DNA of 64,000 nucleotides from an uncultured virus (IMG/VR IMGVR_UViG_3300020166_000012) (Duplodnaviria; Heunggongvirae; Uroviricota; Caudoviricetes), in IMG/VR virus record IMGVR_UViG_3300020166_000012. One strand, given 5' to 3'. Positions within the stretch are counted from its first letter, which is position 1, and each line of letters opens with the position of its first letter. Both the position numbers and the translations under genes were made by a program. A model generated the notes under the pieces. The model ran no database searches, had not been told where the DNA came from, and worked only from the letters and a program-made list of their open reading frames with translations. Positions 49,844 to 58,692 of this stretch are shown piece by piece.

Positions 49844-49851
49844 TATTTATA
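49844..49851 (-). promoter_or_regulatory. late promoter TATAAATA heading the internal-protein operon
   Basis: Exact motif about 30 nt upstream of the 49812 start. Confidence 0.7.
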
Positions 49852-49863
49852 TAAAAAAATATT

Positions 49864-49903
49864 ATAAAGCCCCCAATACTTAATGTGTTGGGGGCTTTTA
49901 TTT
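49864..49903 (-). terminator. intrinsic terminator (possibly bidirectional)
   Basis: AAAGCCCCCAA...TTGGGGGCTTT. Confidence 0.75.
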
Positions 49904-50230
49904 TTAGGTTTTTTCATAAATATAAAGATCAAGTCTTTCTGCAAACTCAAGCGGTATTGAGCAACGCACTCGAGATTTTACAAATCGTACAAGATCAGAT
50001 TCGCTAATATATGGATGTTTATTTGCATAATAGTCTTTAACTTTTTCATAGCGATTTTTTGTGCGGCCTTGCAATTTTACATAAAAACGCTGTGTAGCAC
50101 CATGACGAGCTAAATCTTTATTCATAGTAATTACCATGTTACGAATATCTGCAATTCTTTTTGAATCTTCGGCGGTTTTTTCAAAAGTTCCAATATAAGA
50201 ATCCGAATATCTTTTATTTACTACTTGCAT
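49904..50230 (-). CDS. hypothetical early protein
   Basis: YVKLQGR...DLYIY. Confidence 0.7.
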   Translation of the reverse strand: MQVVNKRYSDSYIGTFEKTAEDSKRIADIRNMVITMNKDLARHGATQRFYVKLQGRTKNRYEKVKDYYANKHPYISESDLVRFVKSRVRCSIPLEFAERLDLYIYEKT

Positions 50231-50397
50231 GATTTCATTACTCCGCTTTTAACTGATGGTACAAACATGTCATAGTATTTTAAGTGAAGCTCTTTTGCAC
50301 ATTCTTCACTAATATATTCCCAACGCTCAGTTTCCTGAGTTTGCCAATTCATTATTGCTTCTACATACCACATTGCGCTATCCTTATTTGCTTTCAT
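50221..50397 (-). CDS. small early protein
   Basis: GAGG RBS and early promoter at 50408-50437. Confidence 0.55.
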   Translation of the reverse strand: MKANKDSAMWYVEAIMNWQTQETERWEYISEECAKELHLKYYDMFVPSVKSGVMKSCK

Positions 50398-50502
50398 TTT
50401 ATACCTCTTTATAGCATAGTTTAAAACGAATGTAAACCCCCTAAACACAATTAATTAATTAATTTTTAAAAAAACTTATAAAATGCGTTATTTTAGTGGC
50501 AT

Positions 50503-50691
50503 TTATTGAAATACACCCAATATTCTTAGTTTAACATTCTGAATATGGGTGCACTGTTTGCGAGGGTTCTTTTTACATGAACACGAAAAGCCATTATCAT
50601 GCATAGTAACAATACCTTTGGCATATTGCCATTTAGTACCGACCATCCAATGATTTACAGTATTAATTGAACCTGTTGAAAAAATTGTCAT
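50503..50691 (-). CDS. SWIM-like Zn-finger small protein
   Basis: FSCSC...CTHI. Confidence 0.6.
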   Translation of the reverse strand: MTIFSTGSINTVNHWMVGTKWQYAKGIVTMHDNGFSCSCKKNPRKQCTHIQNVKLRILGVFQ

Positions 50692-50693
50692 TC

Positions 50694-50864
50694 TTATGCT
50701 ACACCACTTACTACATCTACTGCATATTGAACTTCTTGTTGAAATTCAGTTTCGGTAGCTTCAGAAAAATCAAAACCGGAATACTCCATTTCATCTTGAA
50801 TGAGCCGCGCAAAAGCTTGATTACAATCAAGGATAGACATGATTTGTTTTGTATAATAATTCAT
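50694..50864 (-). CDS. 56-aa early protein (not in the ORF track)
   Basis: MNYYTKQIMSIL...FDFSEAT; early promoter at 50903-50932. Confidence 0.65.
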   Translation of the reverse strand: MNYYTKQIMSILDCNQAFARLIQDEMEYSGFDFSEATETEFQQEVQYAVDVVSGVA

Positions 50865-50960
50865 AATGATTCTTCCCTTTGCTTCATTTCATTGTATATA
50901 CATTTATAACATAAAAGAAAGAAAATGTACACACTTTTTTTACTTTTTTATCTTCGTTTG

Positions 50961-51116
50961 AAACTATTTTATACATACGCCCGAGCTAGTATCTCCAATC
51001 TCCCCGCACGGCCTTATTGACATTGCCGCTCTGGTTCGATCGAAACTAACATCCCTTTCGAGATAGTGCTTTTAGCTGATCAACGCCTCTACACAGACGT
51101 ATGTATGAAATAGTTT
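50961..51116 (-). ncRNA. structured ncRNA candidate 1
   Basis: 19-bp closing stem with one mismatch; internal ATCTC-GAAA-GGGAT and GCGGC/GCCGT helices. Confidence 0.6.
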
Positions 51117-51127
51117 TCCTTGTCTTA

Positions 51128-51249
51128 GACTCTTTGCTGATTATATAGTGGTCTTAACTTAGTCCCTTACCAGGATTTTACGGGTTCTGCTCCATGGGCA
51201 TACCTACCTTTACGGTTCTTCGCTCGTACTATATAATCAGAAAAGAGTC
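51128..51249 (-). ncRNA. structured ncRNA candidate 2
   Basis: About 22-bp closing stem GACTCTTT.CTGATTATATAGT / ACTATATAATCAG.AAAGAGTC with internal hairpins. Confidence 0.6.
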
Positions 51250-51265
51250 CTTTGTTTTAGTTTCC

Positions 51266-51472
51266 TTATGCGAAGTGGTTATCAACAAGCACACTAATGC
51301 AATCATTCAGATACTCAGTATCATAGAAGACTCCAAGTGGAATAAAGATATCAGACTCAACAAAGTTCCAATTGATACCGCCACCTTCGTGGATATTTTC
51401 TGGATTAACCACCGCAGCATTGAAAGCTTCGATAATGTCATTCTTAATCATTGCGCCATAAGTAGTAAGCAT
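51266..51472 (-). CDS. early protein, INW-motif family (paralog of 63689-63979)
   Basis: IKND..EAFN.A...EN....INW.FVE.D. Confidence 0.75.
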   Translation of the reverse strand: MLTTYGAMIKNDIIEAFNAAVVNPENIHEGGGINWNFVESDIFIPLGVFYDTEYLNDCISVLVDNHFA

Positions 51473-51552
51473 AGTGTTTCCCCTTTTGATATATTAGTTA
51501 TATCATATTAAGATCTGATTGTAAACCCCTAAAATGCATTTTTTTTATTTTT

Positions 51553-51717
51553 TTATACCAAACCAAATTGGCTAAAAAGTACTACCATTGCAATAACACC
51601 AACGAGGGCCCAGGCAAGAATAGTAAGTTCCCCTTCTGGAGATTTAGGAGTCTCAACAAACATACTACTAACTCCACTGAAAAGTACAGCGCCAATTATA
51701 CTAGCAACTAATGTCAT
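51553..51717 (-). CDS. 54-aa two-TM protein (not in the ORF track)
   Basis: MTLVASIIGAVLF...LAWALVGVIAMVVLF. Confidence 0.6.
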   Translation of the reverse strand: MTLVASIIGAVLFSGVSSMFVETPKSPEGELTILAWALVGVIAMVVLFSQFGLV

Positions 51718-51718
51718 A

Positions 51719-51901
51719 TTAAGCTCCATCATCCATTTCTAATTCATATTCAATAAACTCTGCTTCTACCTTGCAGTCAGGATATTCCCGGTCAAGATAC
51801 CGAAGCTCTTCAGAAGTTGCATAACCAGAGTATTCTTCTCCTGTATGAACAATTTCCCCAGCTTTGTTAGTAACTGTGAGTTTATAAAATCTTTTCCACA
51901 T
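51719..51901 (-). CDS. small early protein
   Basis: AGGAG RBS and early promoter. Confidence 0.65.
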   Translation of the reverse strand: MWKRFYKLTVTNKAGEIVHTGEEYSGYATSEELRYLDREYPDCKVEAEFIEYELEMDDGA

Positions 51902-51993
51902 TGTGTATCTCCTTTTGATATATTAGTTATACCATGTAGAGATCTGATTGTAAACCCCTAAAGTGCATTTTTTTATTTAATGTGATATATTTG

Positions 51994-52251
51994 TTATGCC
52001 ACCTCATAGCCTATTACAGTTTCTACATATCCATTACCATACTCTTCAGCAATCGCCAATAGGATCTGCTCACGTGGTTCTGTATCCATATTACCGATTT
52101 TTGCTAAAGCGCCGTCAATGTCATTCGAATTCATCAGCCACTGCACCTGCTTAAAATCAGCCGTATCGGCCAGATATAGATCAGCAAGGCCTGCATCTTG
52201 TGCTTCTAAGCTATAGCTGAATGTTTGATCGATAAGTTTTTGAATAGTCAT
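51994..52251 (-). CDS. early protein, DTEPRE-motif family
   Basis: AGGAG RBS; promoter at 52281-52310. Confidence 0.75.
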   Translation of the reverse strand: MTIQKLIDQTFSYSLEAQDAGLADLYLADTADFKQVQWLMNSNDIDGALAKIGNMDTEPREQILLAIAEEYGNGYVETVIGYEVA

Positions 52252-52358
52252 GATAGGCTCCTTTGTTTCATTCTATATTAGTTATACCATATAATAAAGA
52301 GAATGTAAATAAAAAAGATGCCCCAAAGGACATCTTTTTCTTTAATGTGATATATTTG

Positions 52359-53336
52359 TTATGCTGCTGTTGCCATTTGAACGGCCAAATTTGCAGCCTT
52401 TATTTTGCGCAACCGATTATTACCGAACCATTGATTGTGTAACCGATTTTCAGCTCCTCGTCCTTGAAGATGGTCAGTGACATATGTTACTGAATTAAAT
52501 GCCTGCCACCATGTTCCAGCACCAAATTCTGCGCCAGGTTGAATTTCAAGCATATCATATGCGGTTTGCGCATTGCGGCTTAAATCTTCTTTTTTTGTCA
52601 CCGTTGTTTCAATATCTTTGCGCGAAGTAGATGGAAATACTTGGCTATAGTACTGAATAAGTGAATCAGCAGTAAAACGACGGCCGCCTAAAAATTGAGC
52701 CATATCTTTATACTGAGTAAATTTTTCAGAAGCAAGCCCCAATGTTGTTTTCACATCATCAGCATTAAACACTGTGCGATGGCCAACTTTAACAGAACGC
52801 TCAGCGTGGCTGTTCAAGCTAAATGTAAGAGTATTATTACAAACAACACGAATAGGAGTAAATCGAATATCAATTGATTTACCATATTGATGAGGATTTG
52901 AAAACAACAAATATGATTCAACGGTATCTTCTTTACCAAATACATCAAACGACTCTTTAATTTTTGCAAGAGCCCACACTTGTTGACCGCCTTTTAGCGA
53001 ACCGGCAGTGTGCATTTCCATATCACCGGCCGCAACATATTCAGCAAAGAAATTAAAGGCTTCTTCATTTTGGACTGGATTCCAATTTTCGCCAACATTA
53101 GTAAGAACTTTTCCATCAGTTGAGCGAATAAGGGCTTGTTGACCAGTGGCAACATTATCGCCCTTCCAACGGACAAAAGCATCTACCTTTTCAACTTCCC
53201 AATCAAGACCAGCTTTTTGCATCATTTGCATAGGTGTAAGATCATTTGATACCGAAACACCTAAACCATGCCATGGCAATTCGCCTGCATAAGCCATCTG
53301 TGCTACACCGTTTACAATTTCTACCTCATGTGCCAT
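52359..53336 (-). CDS. DUF932-family protein
   Basis: PWHGLG, AGLDWEV, QNEEAF, TPIRVVCNNT, WWQAFNSVT. Confidence 0.9.
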   Translation of the reverse strand: MAHEVEIVNGVAQMAYAGELPWHGLGVSVSNDLTPMQMMQKAGLDWEVEKVDAFVRWKGDNVATGQQALIRSTDGKVLTNVGENWNPVQNEEAFNFFAEYVAAGDMEMHTAGSLKGGQQVWALAKIKESFDVFGKEDTVESYLLFSNPHQYGKSIDIRFTPIRVVCNNTLTFSLNSHAERSVKVGHRTVFNADDVKTTLGLASEKFTQYKDMAQFLGGRRFTADSLIQYYSQVFPSTSRKDIETTVTKKEDLSRNAQTAYDMLEIQPGAEFGAGTWWQAFNSVTYVTDHLQGRGAENRLHNQWFGNNRLRKIKAANLAVQMATAA

Positions 53337-53437
53337 TTTATTCTCCAATATATCTAATAATACTATAATAGCATATTACAAACAGATTGTAAACAGTTAA
53401 TTTAAACTATTTGAATAAAAATTTTTATGTGATAATA

Positions 53438-53668
53438 TTATCGTTTACCGCTTCCAAATCGGTTTTTTGGTCTATAAAATGTTTTTTGATTATGAATACG
53501 TCCTAATAAATCACGAATTAATGTAATTTCTTTTTGCATCTCTTTCGCATAAATATTTGTAGGATCCATAGTTATACTCATAGATCTTCGATGTATTCGA
53601 CCATTTAATGCAGATTCGATCATCTCAATATCATCTACAGTTAATTCGAAGGTTTTATTGGGTTTCAT
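53438..53668 (-). CDS. hypothetical protein
   Basis: LLGRIHNQK.FYRPK. Confidence 0.7.
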   Translation of the reverse strand: MKPNKTFELTVDDIEMIESALNGRIHRRSMSITMDPTNIYAKEMQKEITLIRDLLGRIHNQKTFYRPKNRFGSGKR

Positions 53669-53700
53669 TATCGCCTCTATGTTTCAAAATATAACTAAAT

Positions 53701-54444
53701 TTATCCTAAGTTTAACTTTTGCATTTCATTTAATGCATCTTGTCTTATACCACGAAAAATTATCCCGCGGCGGATTTGATTAGTTTTATTTGGCATAATA
53801 CTATGCAGCACATTACCATAAAAACAACTGAACCCACCCAAAGAAACCGGTGGTTGGACATAATTATTTTCAAAGAAAGCTTTATAAAAAGGTTTTTCTT
53901 CATTCCAATTAGTGGTATTGTATATATATCTATGCGTTCCAGGTACATATGCAGTAGCACCGTTTTCTATTGTAAAATCAACTAAAGGAATCATAAAGGT
54001 AACACTTAAAGGACCTTTATCTAAATATTTAGACATTTCGCATTCAAGTTTTTGTGGCCACAAATATGGCGCATCTAAGTGGGGCTGAATAGAATAATCA
54101 TGCTTGTAATTAGACATAATATAACGGTTAGTTAATTGCCAGTCCCAATCTTTATTCCCAAATAAAACATCACAAATACTTTTTAATAACGGAAGCATGG
54201 TTGTGTTAATAAATAAATTATTTTTTGGAGTTTGTGCCCAATGATAAGCCCAATCAATATTTTTAATTTTAGCTTCTGATAACACATCTTGATCATTTAA
54301 CCACCGTCCATTACCATGACCCACAAAAGGCGGGAGTTTACTTGCAACTTTATTAAATGCAATTAAATCTTCGGTATTAAATACATTATCAACAATAGCA
54401 ATACCATCTTTATCTAAATCTGATAAAAAATTTTCTGTTAACAT
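53701..54444 (-). CDS. phytanoyl-CoA dioxygenase-like 2OG-Fe(II) oxygenase
   Basis: PHLD, ENGATAYVPGTH, LH...R. Confidence 0.88.
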   Translation of the reverse strand: MLTENFLSDLDKDGIAIVDNVFNTEDLIAFNKVASKLPPFVGHGNGRWLNDQDVLSEAKIKNIDWAYHWAQTPKNNLFINTTMLPLLKSICDVLFGNKDWDWQLTNRYIMSNYKHDYSIQPHLDAPYLWPQKLECEMSKYLDKGPLSVTFMIPLVDFTIENGATAYVPGTHRYIYNTTNWNEEKPFYKAFFENNYVQPPVSLGGFSCFYGNVLHSIMPNKTNQIRRGIIFRGIRQDALNEMQKLNLG

Positions 54445-54449
54445 TTATA

Positions 54450-54800
54450 TTATCGCCTCATTTGAGCCGCATCTTTTGCGGCTTGCATATTATCTTTGCG
54501 AATAGGCATAAGATTTGATTTATGAGTTACAACAATACCAGCAATTTCATTACCAGTATATTGAACAGTGTCTTTTTTAAGTCCATTACTACAGATTGTA
54601 TCTGACGTTTTTATCATAGAAGTGCTTTTATAATCGGGTATTTCATAACGGTGATCTTTAAGACCATCACCCTTTATACCCATCTTTTTTAAAAAAGCTT
54701 CATGTTCTAATTGAGCTTTCTGCCAACCAGGCGATTTTTTTTGTTTTCTTTTTTTAAAATTATTACTAGACATTCCGCGAATTAAATGCATACCTGACAT
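54450..54800 (-). CDS. hypothetical phage protein
   Basis: YTG..I.GI...HKSNL.P. Confidence 0.75.
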   Translation of the reverse strand: MSGMHLIRGMSSNNFKKRKQKKSPGWQKAQLEHEAFLKKMGIKGDGLKDHRYEIPDYKSTSMIKTSDTICSNGLKKDTVQYTGNEIAGIVVTHKSNLMPIRKDNMQAAKDAAQMRR

Positions 54801-54883
54801 AGTATACCTTCCCCTTTAATAAAGATTACTCTATTATTATATCATATTTTGACGGAAAGTAAACAGCTAATTTTAAATTTATG

Positions 54884-55081
54884 TTATTTTTTTATAGCTG
54901 TTTTTTTCTTAAGTGCTTTTCGTTTTGCAAGAGCTTCTTTCATTTCCTCGAGCGGATTTGCTTTTGCTGCTTTAATTGCACTAAATTTGCCTGTTCCGGC
55001 TTCTGTGGACTTTGCTTGTTGTTTATTATAAAATCCAGCATTTTTAATTCTTTGACTCATATCACCTTTAGGTTTTGGCAT
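54884..55081 (-). CDS. small basic protein
   Basis: GGAG RBS, K-rich. Confidence 0.6.
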   Translation of the reverse strand: MPKPKGDMSQRIKNAGFYNKQQAKSTEAGTGKFSAIKAAKANPLEEMKEALAKRKALKKKTAIKK

Positions 55082-55128
55082 TTATATTCTCCATTTTATT
55101 AGCCTATATTTTATATATAAATATTTTT

Positions 55129-55644
55129 ATGAAGCATATATTTTTTATTATAATTTTCTTATTCAGTACAGGCTGTTCCATATTTAATACATTGGGGCAA
55201 CAGCCAAAACATACTATAAATCTTACTGAAGCGATTTATTATGTTGGTCTTAATGAAAATATAGATCGTGTTCAATTAAAAAGATTTTTAAATGTTGACC
55301 CGGTTACAACTGAGTGGTGCGCAGCATTTATCAATGCGGTTTTAGCTAGAAATAATATATCAAACCTACACGATTTTAATTCTAAACGACCATTATTAGC
55401 ACAAGAATTTTTAAATTACGGAGAAATAATTCTTGAAGAAGAATTGCGGTATGGCGATATTATAATAATAGAGCGCGACGGCGCAAAATGGCAAGGTCAT
55501 GTTGGATTTTTTATGGGAATTCGGCATTCTCGAGGGCAAAAATATTATTTACTTTTGGGTGGTAATCAAAATAATAAAGTTAGTATTACCCCATATTCAT
55601 CAAAGAAATTAATTGGAATGCGAAGATATTCTAATTATAAATAA
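55129..55644 (+). CDS. TIGR02594/NlpC-P60-like lipoprotein peptidoglycan hydrolase
   Basis: Lipobox STGC, WCAAFIN, GHVGF, LGGNQ; TATAAATA at 55116-55123. Confidence 0.85.
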   Translation: MKHIFFIIIFLFSTGCSIFNTLGQQPKHTINLTEAIYYVGLNENIDRVQLKRFLNVDPVTTEWCAAFINAVLARNNISNLHDFNSKRPLLAQEFLNYGEIILEEELRYGDIIIIERDGAKWQGHVGFFMGIRHSRGQKYYLLLGGNQNNKVSITPYSSKKLIGMRRYSNYK

Positions 55645-55672
55645 AACTATATAAGCAATTAATGAGAATCTA

Positions 55673-56440
55673 ATGTATACTTTTAAATCATTTATAAGCG
55701 AAAGCGCTAAATCAGATAAGTATGAAAATGATATGGCTAAACACATTGCCGATATGGGTTTAGACGCATCTCGTCCAGCCGTTGATCCAACATATTCAGA
55801 TATTCTTATTAAATATAAAGGCGATCGCATATGGTTAGAAGTTAAAATGAATCACTCTGACCAACTTGGCAATACTCGCGCTAGTTTTGACGGTAAAAAA
55901 TGGATTGCCGCAATTGATAAAAAAGGCCCTAGTAAGGGTAAATTATCTCCTCTTAAAGCATATATTACTAAAACCTTAAATAACGATAAAGATACTCAAG
56001 CATGGTTAAAAGATCTTGAAAAGTTTTCCGGAATAAAGGGTATGAAAGTACCCACATTAATTTCTGGATTGAGTGATCCAAAATCCGTTCCACGTGATGT
56101 AATGATTGCATATTTAAAAGGTAAAAAACAATATATTTTAAATAAACCTGAAGTAGATTTGGGCGAGTTAATTACTCAGCATTATCTTAAAGGGAAATCC
56201 GAGCCAGCATATTATATGCAAGCCGGCGATGATTTCTATAGAATTGGTTCTGCAAATCCAATGGGCGTTCCTAATGATGTTCCATTACTCTCTGGCACTG
56301 GCCCATTCAAAATGCGCATTGGTATGCGGTCAAAGTATTATGAGGTGCAGCCCGAGGTTAAAATTACTAAAATGCCGAGCAGTAAGTATTCCTTAAAGCC
56401 CGGCACTAGTAAATTAAACCCATTTGAAAATATCAAATAA
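55673..56440 (+). CDS. PD-(D/E)XK-like nuclease with CTS-like N-terminus
   Basis: MYTFKSFISE; YE...SDI...WLEVK; TATAAATA at 55636-55643. Confidence 0.65.
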   Translation: MYTFKSFISESAKSDKYENDMAKHIADMGLDASRPAVDPTYSDILIKYKGDRIWLEVKMNHSDQLGNTRASFDGKKWIAAIDKKGPSKGKLSPLKAYITKTLNNDKDTQAWLKDLEKFSGIKGMKVPTLISGLSDPKSVPRDVMIAYLKGKKQYILNKPEVDLGELITQHYLKGKSEPAYYMQAGDDFYRIGSANPMGVPNDVPLLSGTGPFKMRIGMRSKYYEVQPEVKITKMPSSKYSLKPGTSKLNPFENIK

Positions 56441-56442
56441 TT

Positions 56443-56796
56443 TTATTTCTTTTTCAAAGCATCAGCACCAAAAAATGCTGAAACCAATGCTGCAATAGCA
56501 ACAAAATATGTTGGTGCAATATCGCCAACAATTTTAGCAGCAGTGTCTAGTCCTAATAATGAAGTCAATACAATTGCAAATGGATATAATAGCATACCCA
56601 TTAAAGCAAACCATGTCATTTTCCGCATAGCATCTCTTTGTGCGTCTTGATCTTCTAACGCTTTACGCTTGAATTCAAGGTGCATTTCCATTTCATCAGC
56701 AGAAATGTGCCCATCGCCATTTATATCAACACCTGCTACTGCAGATGCATCAATTGTTTTTGTATTAGCCGTTGTATCAGCTATTGTATCAGCCAT
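56443..56796 (-). CDS. EF-hand-containing two-TM protein
   Basis: DINGDGHISADE plus two TM helices. Confidence 0.75.
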   Translation of the reverse strand: MADTIADTTANTKTIDASAVAGVDINGDGHISADEMEMHLEFKRKALEDQDAQRDAMRKMTWFALMGMLLYPFAIVLTSLLGLDTAAKIVGDIAPTYFVAIAALVSAFFGADALKKK

Positions 56797-56813
56797 ATTT
56801 TTCTCCTATGATT

Positions 56814-57509
56814 TTAGTCTGAAAGTGGATTATCAAAAGCCTCTTGAATCCGCTGTCTAATATCATCATCTAATTTATTCATTTTGGCTTCTATTTCAGC
56901 AACAATAGTTTTCATAAAATCACGAGTATCTTTTTCTGATGCTCTTGTTGTACCTTCAACTTCACGGATACTAGCTGTAGTATCTTTTTGTAGTTGGTTC
57001 ATTTCATTCCGAATTCCTTCAAGCGTGTCGCCAATACTATTTTGTGTTGCCTTAATTCTTGCTTCGCTAATCTCGAGATTTGTACTAATTTTATCCCGCA
57101 CATTAGCTATCGTATTTTGATTATCTTTTAATGTTATTCGTAAACGTTCTTCAAATGTATCTAATTTTGCAAGAACATCGCTGCGAACTTCCCTTACAGC
57201 ATTTTCTGCAGTAATAACATTATCTTCAAGTGTATCGATTAAATTCTCAAGCCTAGTAATATCTGCTTTTAAATCGTCTTTAATAACAGTAGTGTAGCCA
57301 ATAGCATCTTCTAGTTTTTGGAGTTGTAGTTCATTAGCAGAGCTAATTGCATCAATATCAATATTCTGAACAATTTCTTTCATATCCATATAATCGGAAT
57401 AAAATTCAAATCCCGCCCACGCTGCGCCGCCAAGCGTTGATAACGCGGTAAGAATAGCAAACATTTTGCCACCTTTAAATGTCATTCCTGCAAATTCAAC
57501 TTCTGCCAT
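56814..57509 (-). CDS. membrane-anchored coiled-coil protein
   Basis: N-terminal TM, long coiled coil, ends DNPL. Confidence 0.75.
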   Translation of the reverse strand: MAEVEFAGMTFKGGKMFAILTALSTLGGAAWAGFEFYSDYMDMKEIVQNIDIDAISSANELQLQKLEDAIGYTTVIKDDLKADITRLENLIDTLEDNVITAENAVREVRSDVLAKLDTFEERLRITLKDNQNTIANVRDKISTNLEISEARIKATQNSIGDTLEGIRNEMNQLQKDTTASIREVEGTTRASEKDTRDFMKTIVAEIEAKMNKLDDDIRQRIQEAFDNPLSD

Positions 57510-57510
57510 G

Positions 57511-57855
57511 TTATTCCCCTAAAAAATATTCTATTCCGAGCGTAAGTGCAATATCGTTATCTTCATTCAGAGTCGGAGTCACAAAATAATATCCATAATT
57601 GAATTTTAAAAAAGGAATTATACCCCTTTCTGTTAATCCATAATATCCGTTTACAATACCATATTCTATATTTAAATCTTTATATAATGCATGTTCAAAT
57701 CCTGCATATATGCTGGGAATTTCAAAGCTATTTAAATATACCCCAGATATATAATTTCCACATTCTAATCTTCCATGCGGGTGTATTTCATTAAATTCTA
57801 TGCTTGTATTTAAATGAGCAGATACAGCCAATCCTATTAAATAATTACAAATCAA
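57511..57855 (-). CDS. small beta-barrel outer-membrane-like protein
   Basis: FNE.HP...YLNSF...YAG...GY; aromatic C-terminal strand. Confidence 0.5.
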   Translation of the reverse strand: MICNYLIGLAVSAHLNTSIEFNEIHPHGRLECGNYISGVYLNSFEIPSIYAGFEHALYKDLNIEYGIVNGYYGLTERGIIPFLKFNYGYYFVTPTLNEDNDIALTLGIEYFLGE

Positions 57856-57867
57856 ATTATAATTTTC

Positions 57868-58065
57868 CTATTTACTTGCACCCACATAACCAGCCACAAG
57901 TCCAATTATGCCAGTAATGCTCATTTGCAATAACTCAACAATATTTTGATCAAGTTCTGCATTATGTTCAGCAGCAACCATAAACTCATCAACAACAATA
58001 AGACCTAAAAGACCCATTAAACCTACTGCCATAACTAATACTATTACATCTTTTATATACATCAT
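57868..58065 (-). CDS. small two-TM protein
   Basis: Two hydrophobic segments. Confidence 0.7.
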   Translation of the reverse strand: MMYIKDVIVLVMAVGLMGLLGLIVVDEFMVAAEHNAELDQNIVELLQMSITGIIGLVAGYVGASK

Positions 58066-58265
58066 TTTTTAAATCCCTTTAATTTTGCCTTCATATCACT
58101 CAACTCTTTAAGTTTGGCATTTTTATCTGTTTTTTCTATTTCAACAGAAGATTTTTCTTGCCCAATTTTAATTCTTGGTATTGTATTAATATCTAATGCT
58201 TTACGTGCCTCAGCAATACGTAATCGTAAACTTGTTACTTCGGCCCGCATTTGTTTATAATCCAA
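58062..58265 (-). CDS. hypothetical protein
   Basis: Packed ORF. Confidence 0.6.
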   Translation of the reverse strand: MDYKQMRAEVTSLRLRIAEARKALDINTIPRIKIGQEKSSVEIEKTDKNAKLKELSDMKAKLKGFKK

Positions 58266-58270
58266 TAGAA

Positions 58271-58684
58271 TTATTCCTCAAATTGTAATTCTCGCAATTG
58301 CCTTACTTCTTGTTCTAATTTCATTATTTCTAACCGCTTACGCTTTAATTCTAATTCGAATAATTGATTACAATCAATCCGAGATTTAGTAGTTTTGCCA
58401 AGTGGTATTGTTATTCTTGCATATACACCAATATCAGTATTATCAGAATTATAATAATCCCTATCAGATAGATTATCGGGTTCAGTAATAAATCCAGTAA
58501 CACCAAATTCTAAATTAGTAGCAGAACCAATTGCGTTTGAACAATCTAATTCACCAGCTTTAAATTTATCAGATTGATAACTAGCAGGACCATTTGGTAT
58601 TTGTAAATTTAAAGAGCTCGATTCAGCAATTGCTTTTTGTCCCAATAAAAATATTAATAATATACATAATATAACTTTTTTCAT
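58271..58684 (-). CDS. secreted protein
   Basis: Signal peptide; EFGVTG...GVYARITIPLG...IDC. Confidence 0.75.
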   Translation of the reverse strand: MKKVILCILLIFLLGQKAIAESSSLNLQIPNGPASYQSDKFKAGELDCSNAIGSATNLEFGVTGFITEPDNLSDRDYYNSDNTDIGVYARITIPLGKTTKSRIDCNQLFELELKRKRLEIMKLEQEVRQLRELQFEE

Positions 58685-58692
58685 ATTTCATC

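Larger units (their letters stand above)
51482..51977. repeat. near-identical ~67-bp early-promoter cassettes (about 51482-51549 and 51911-51977)
   Basis: ccttttgatatattagttata..cat...gatctgattgtaaacccctaaa.tgcattttttt present twice. Confidence 0.85.

Noticed and set aside
50961..51116. 6S RNA, SRP RNA or hammerhead assignment for the ncRNA candidate
   Set aside because: No rod with a central bubble, no SRP helix-8 motif and no CUGAUGA/GAAA core is visible; left unassigned.
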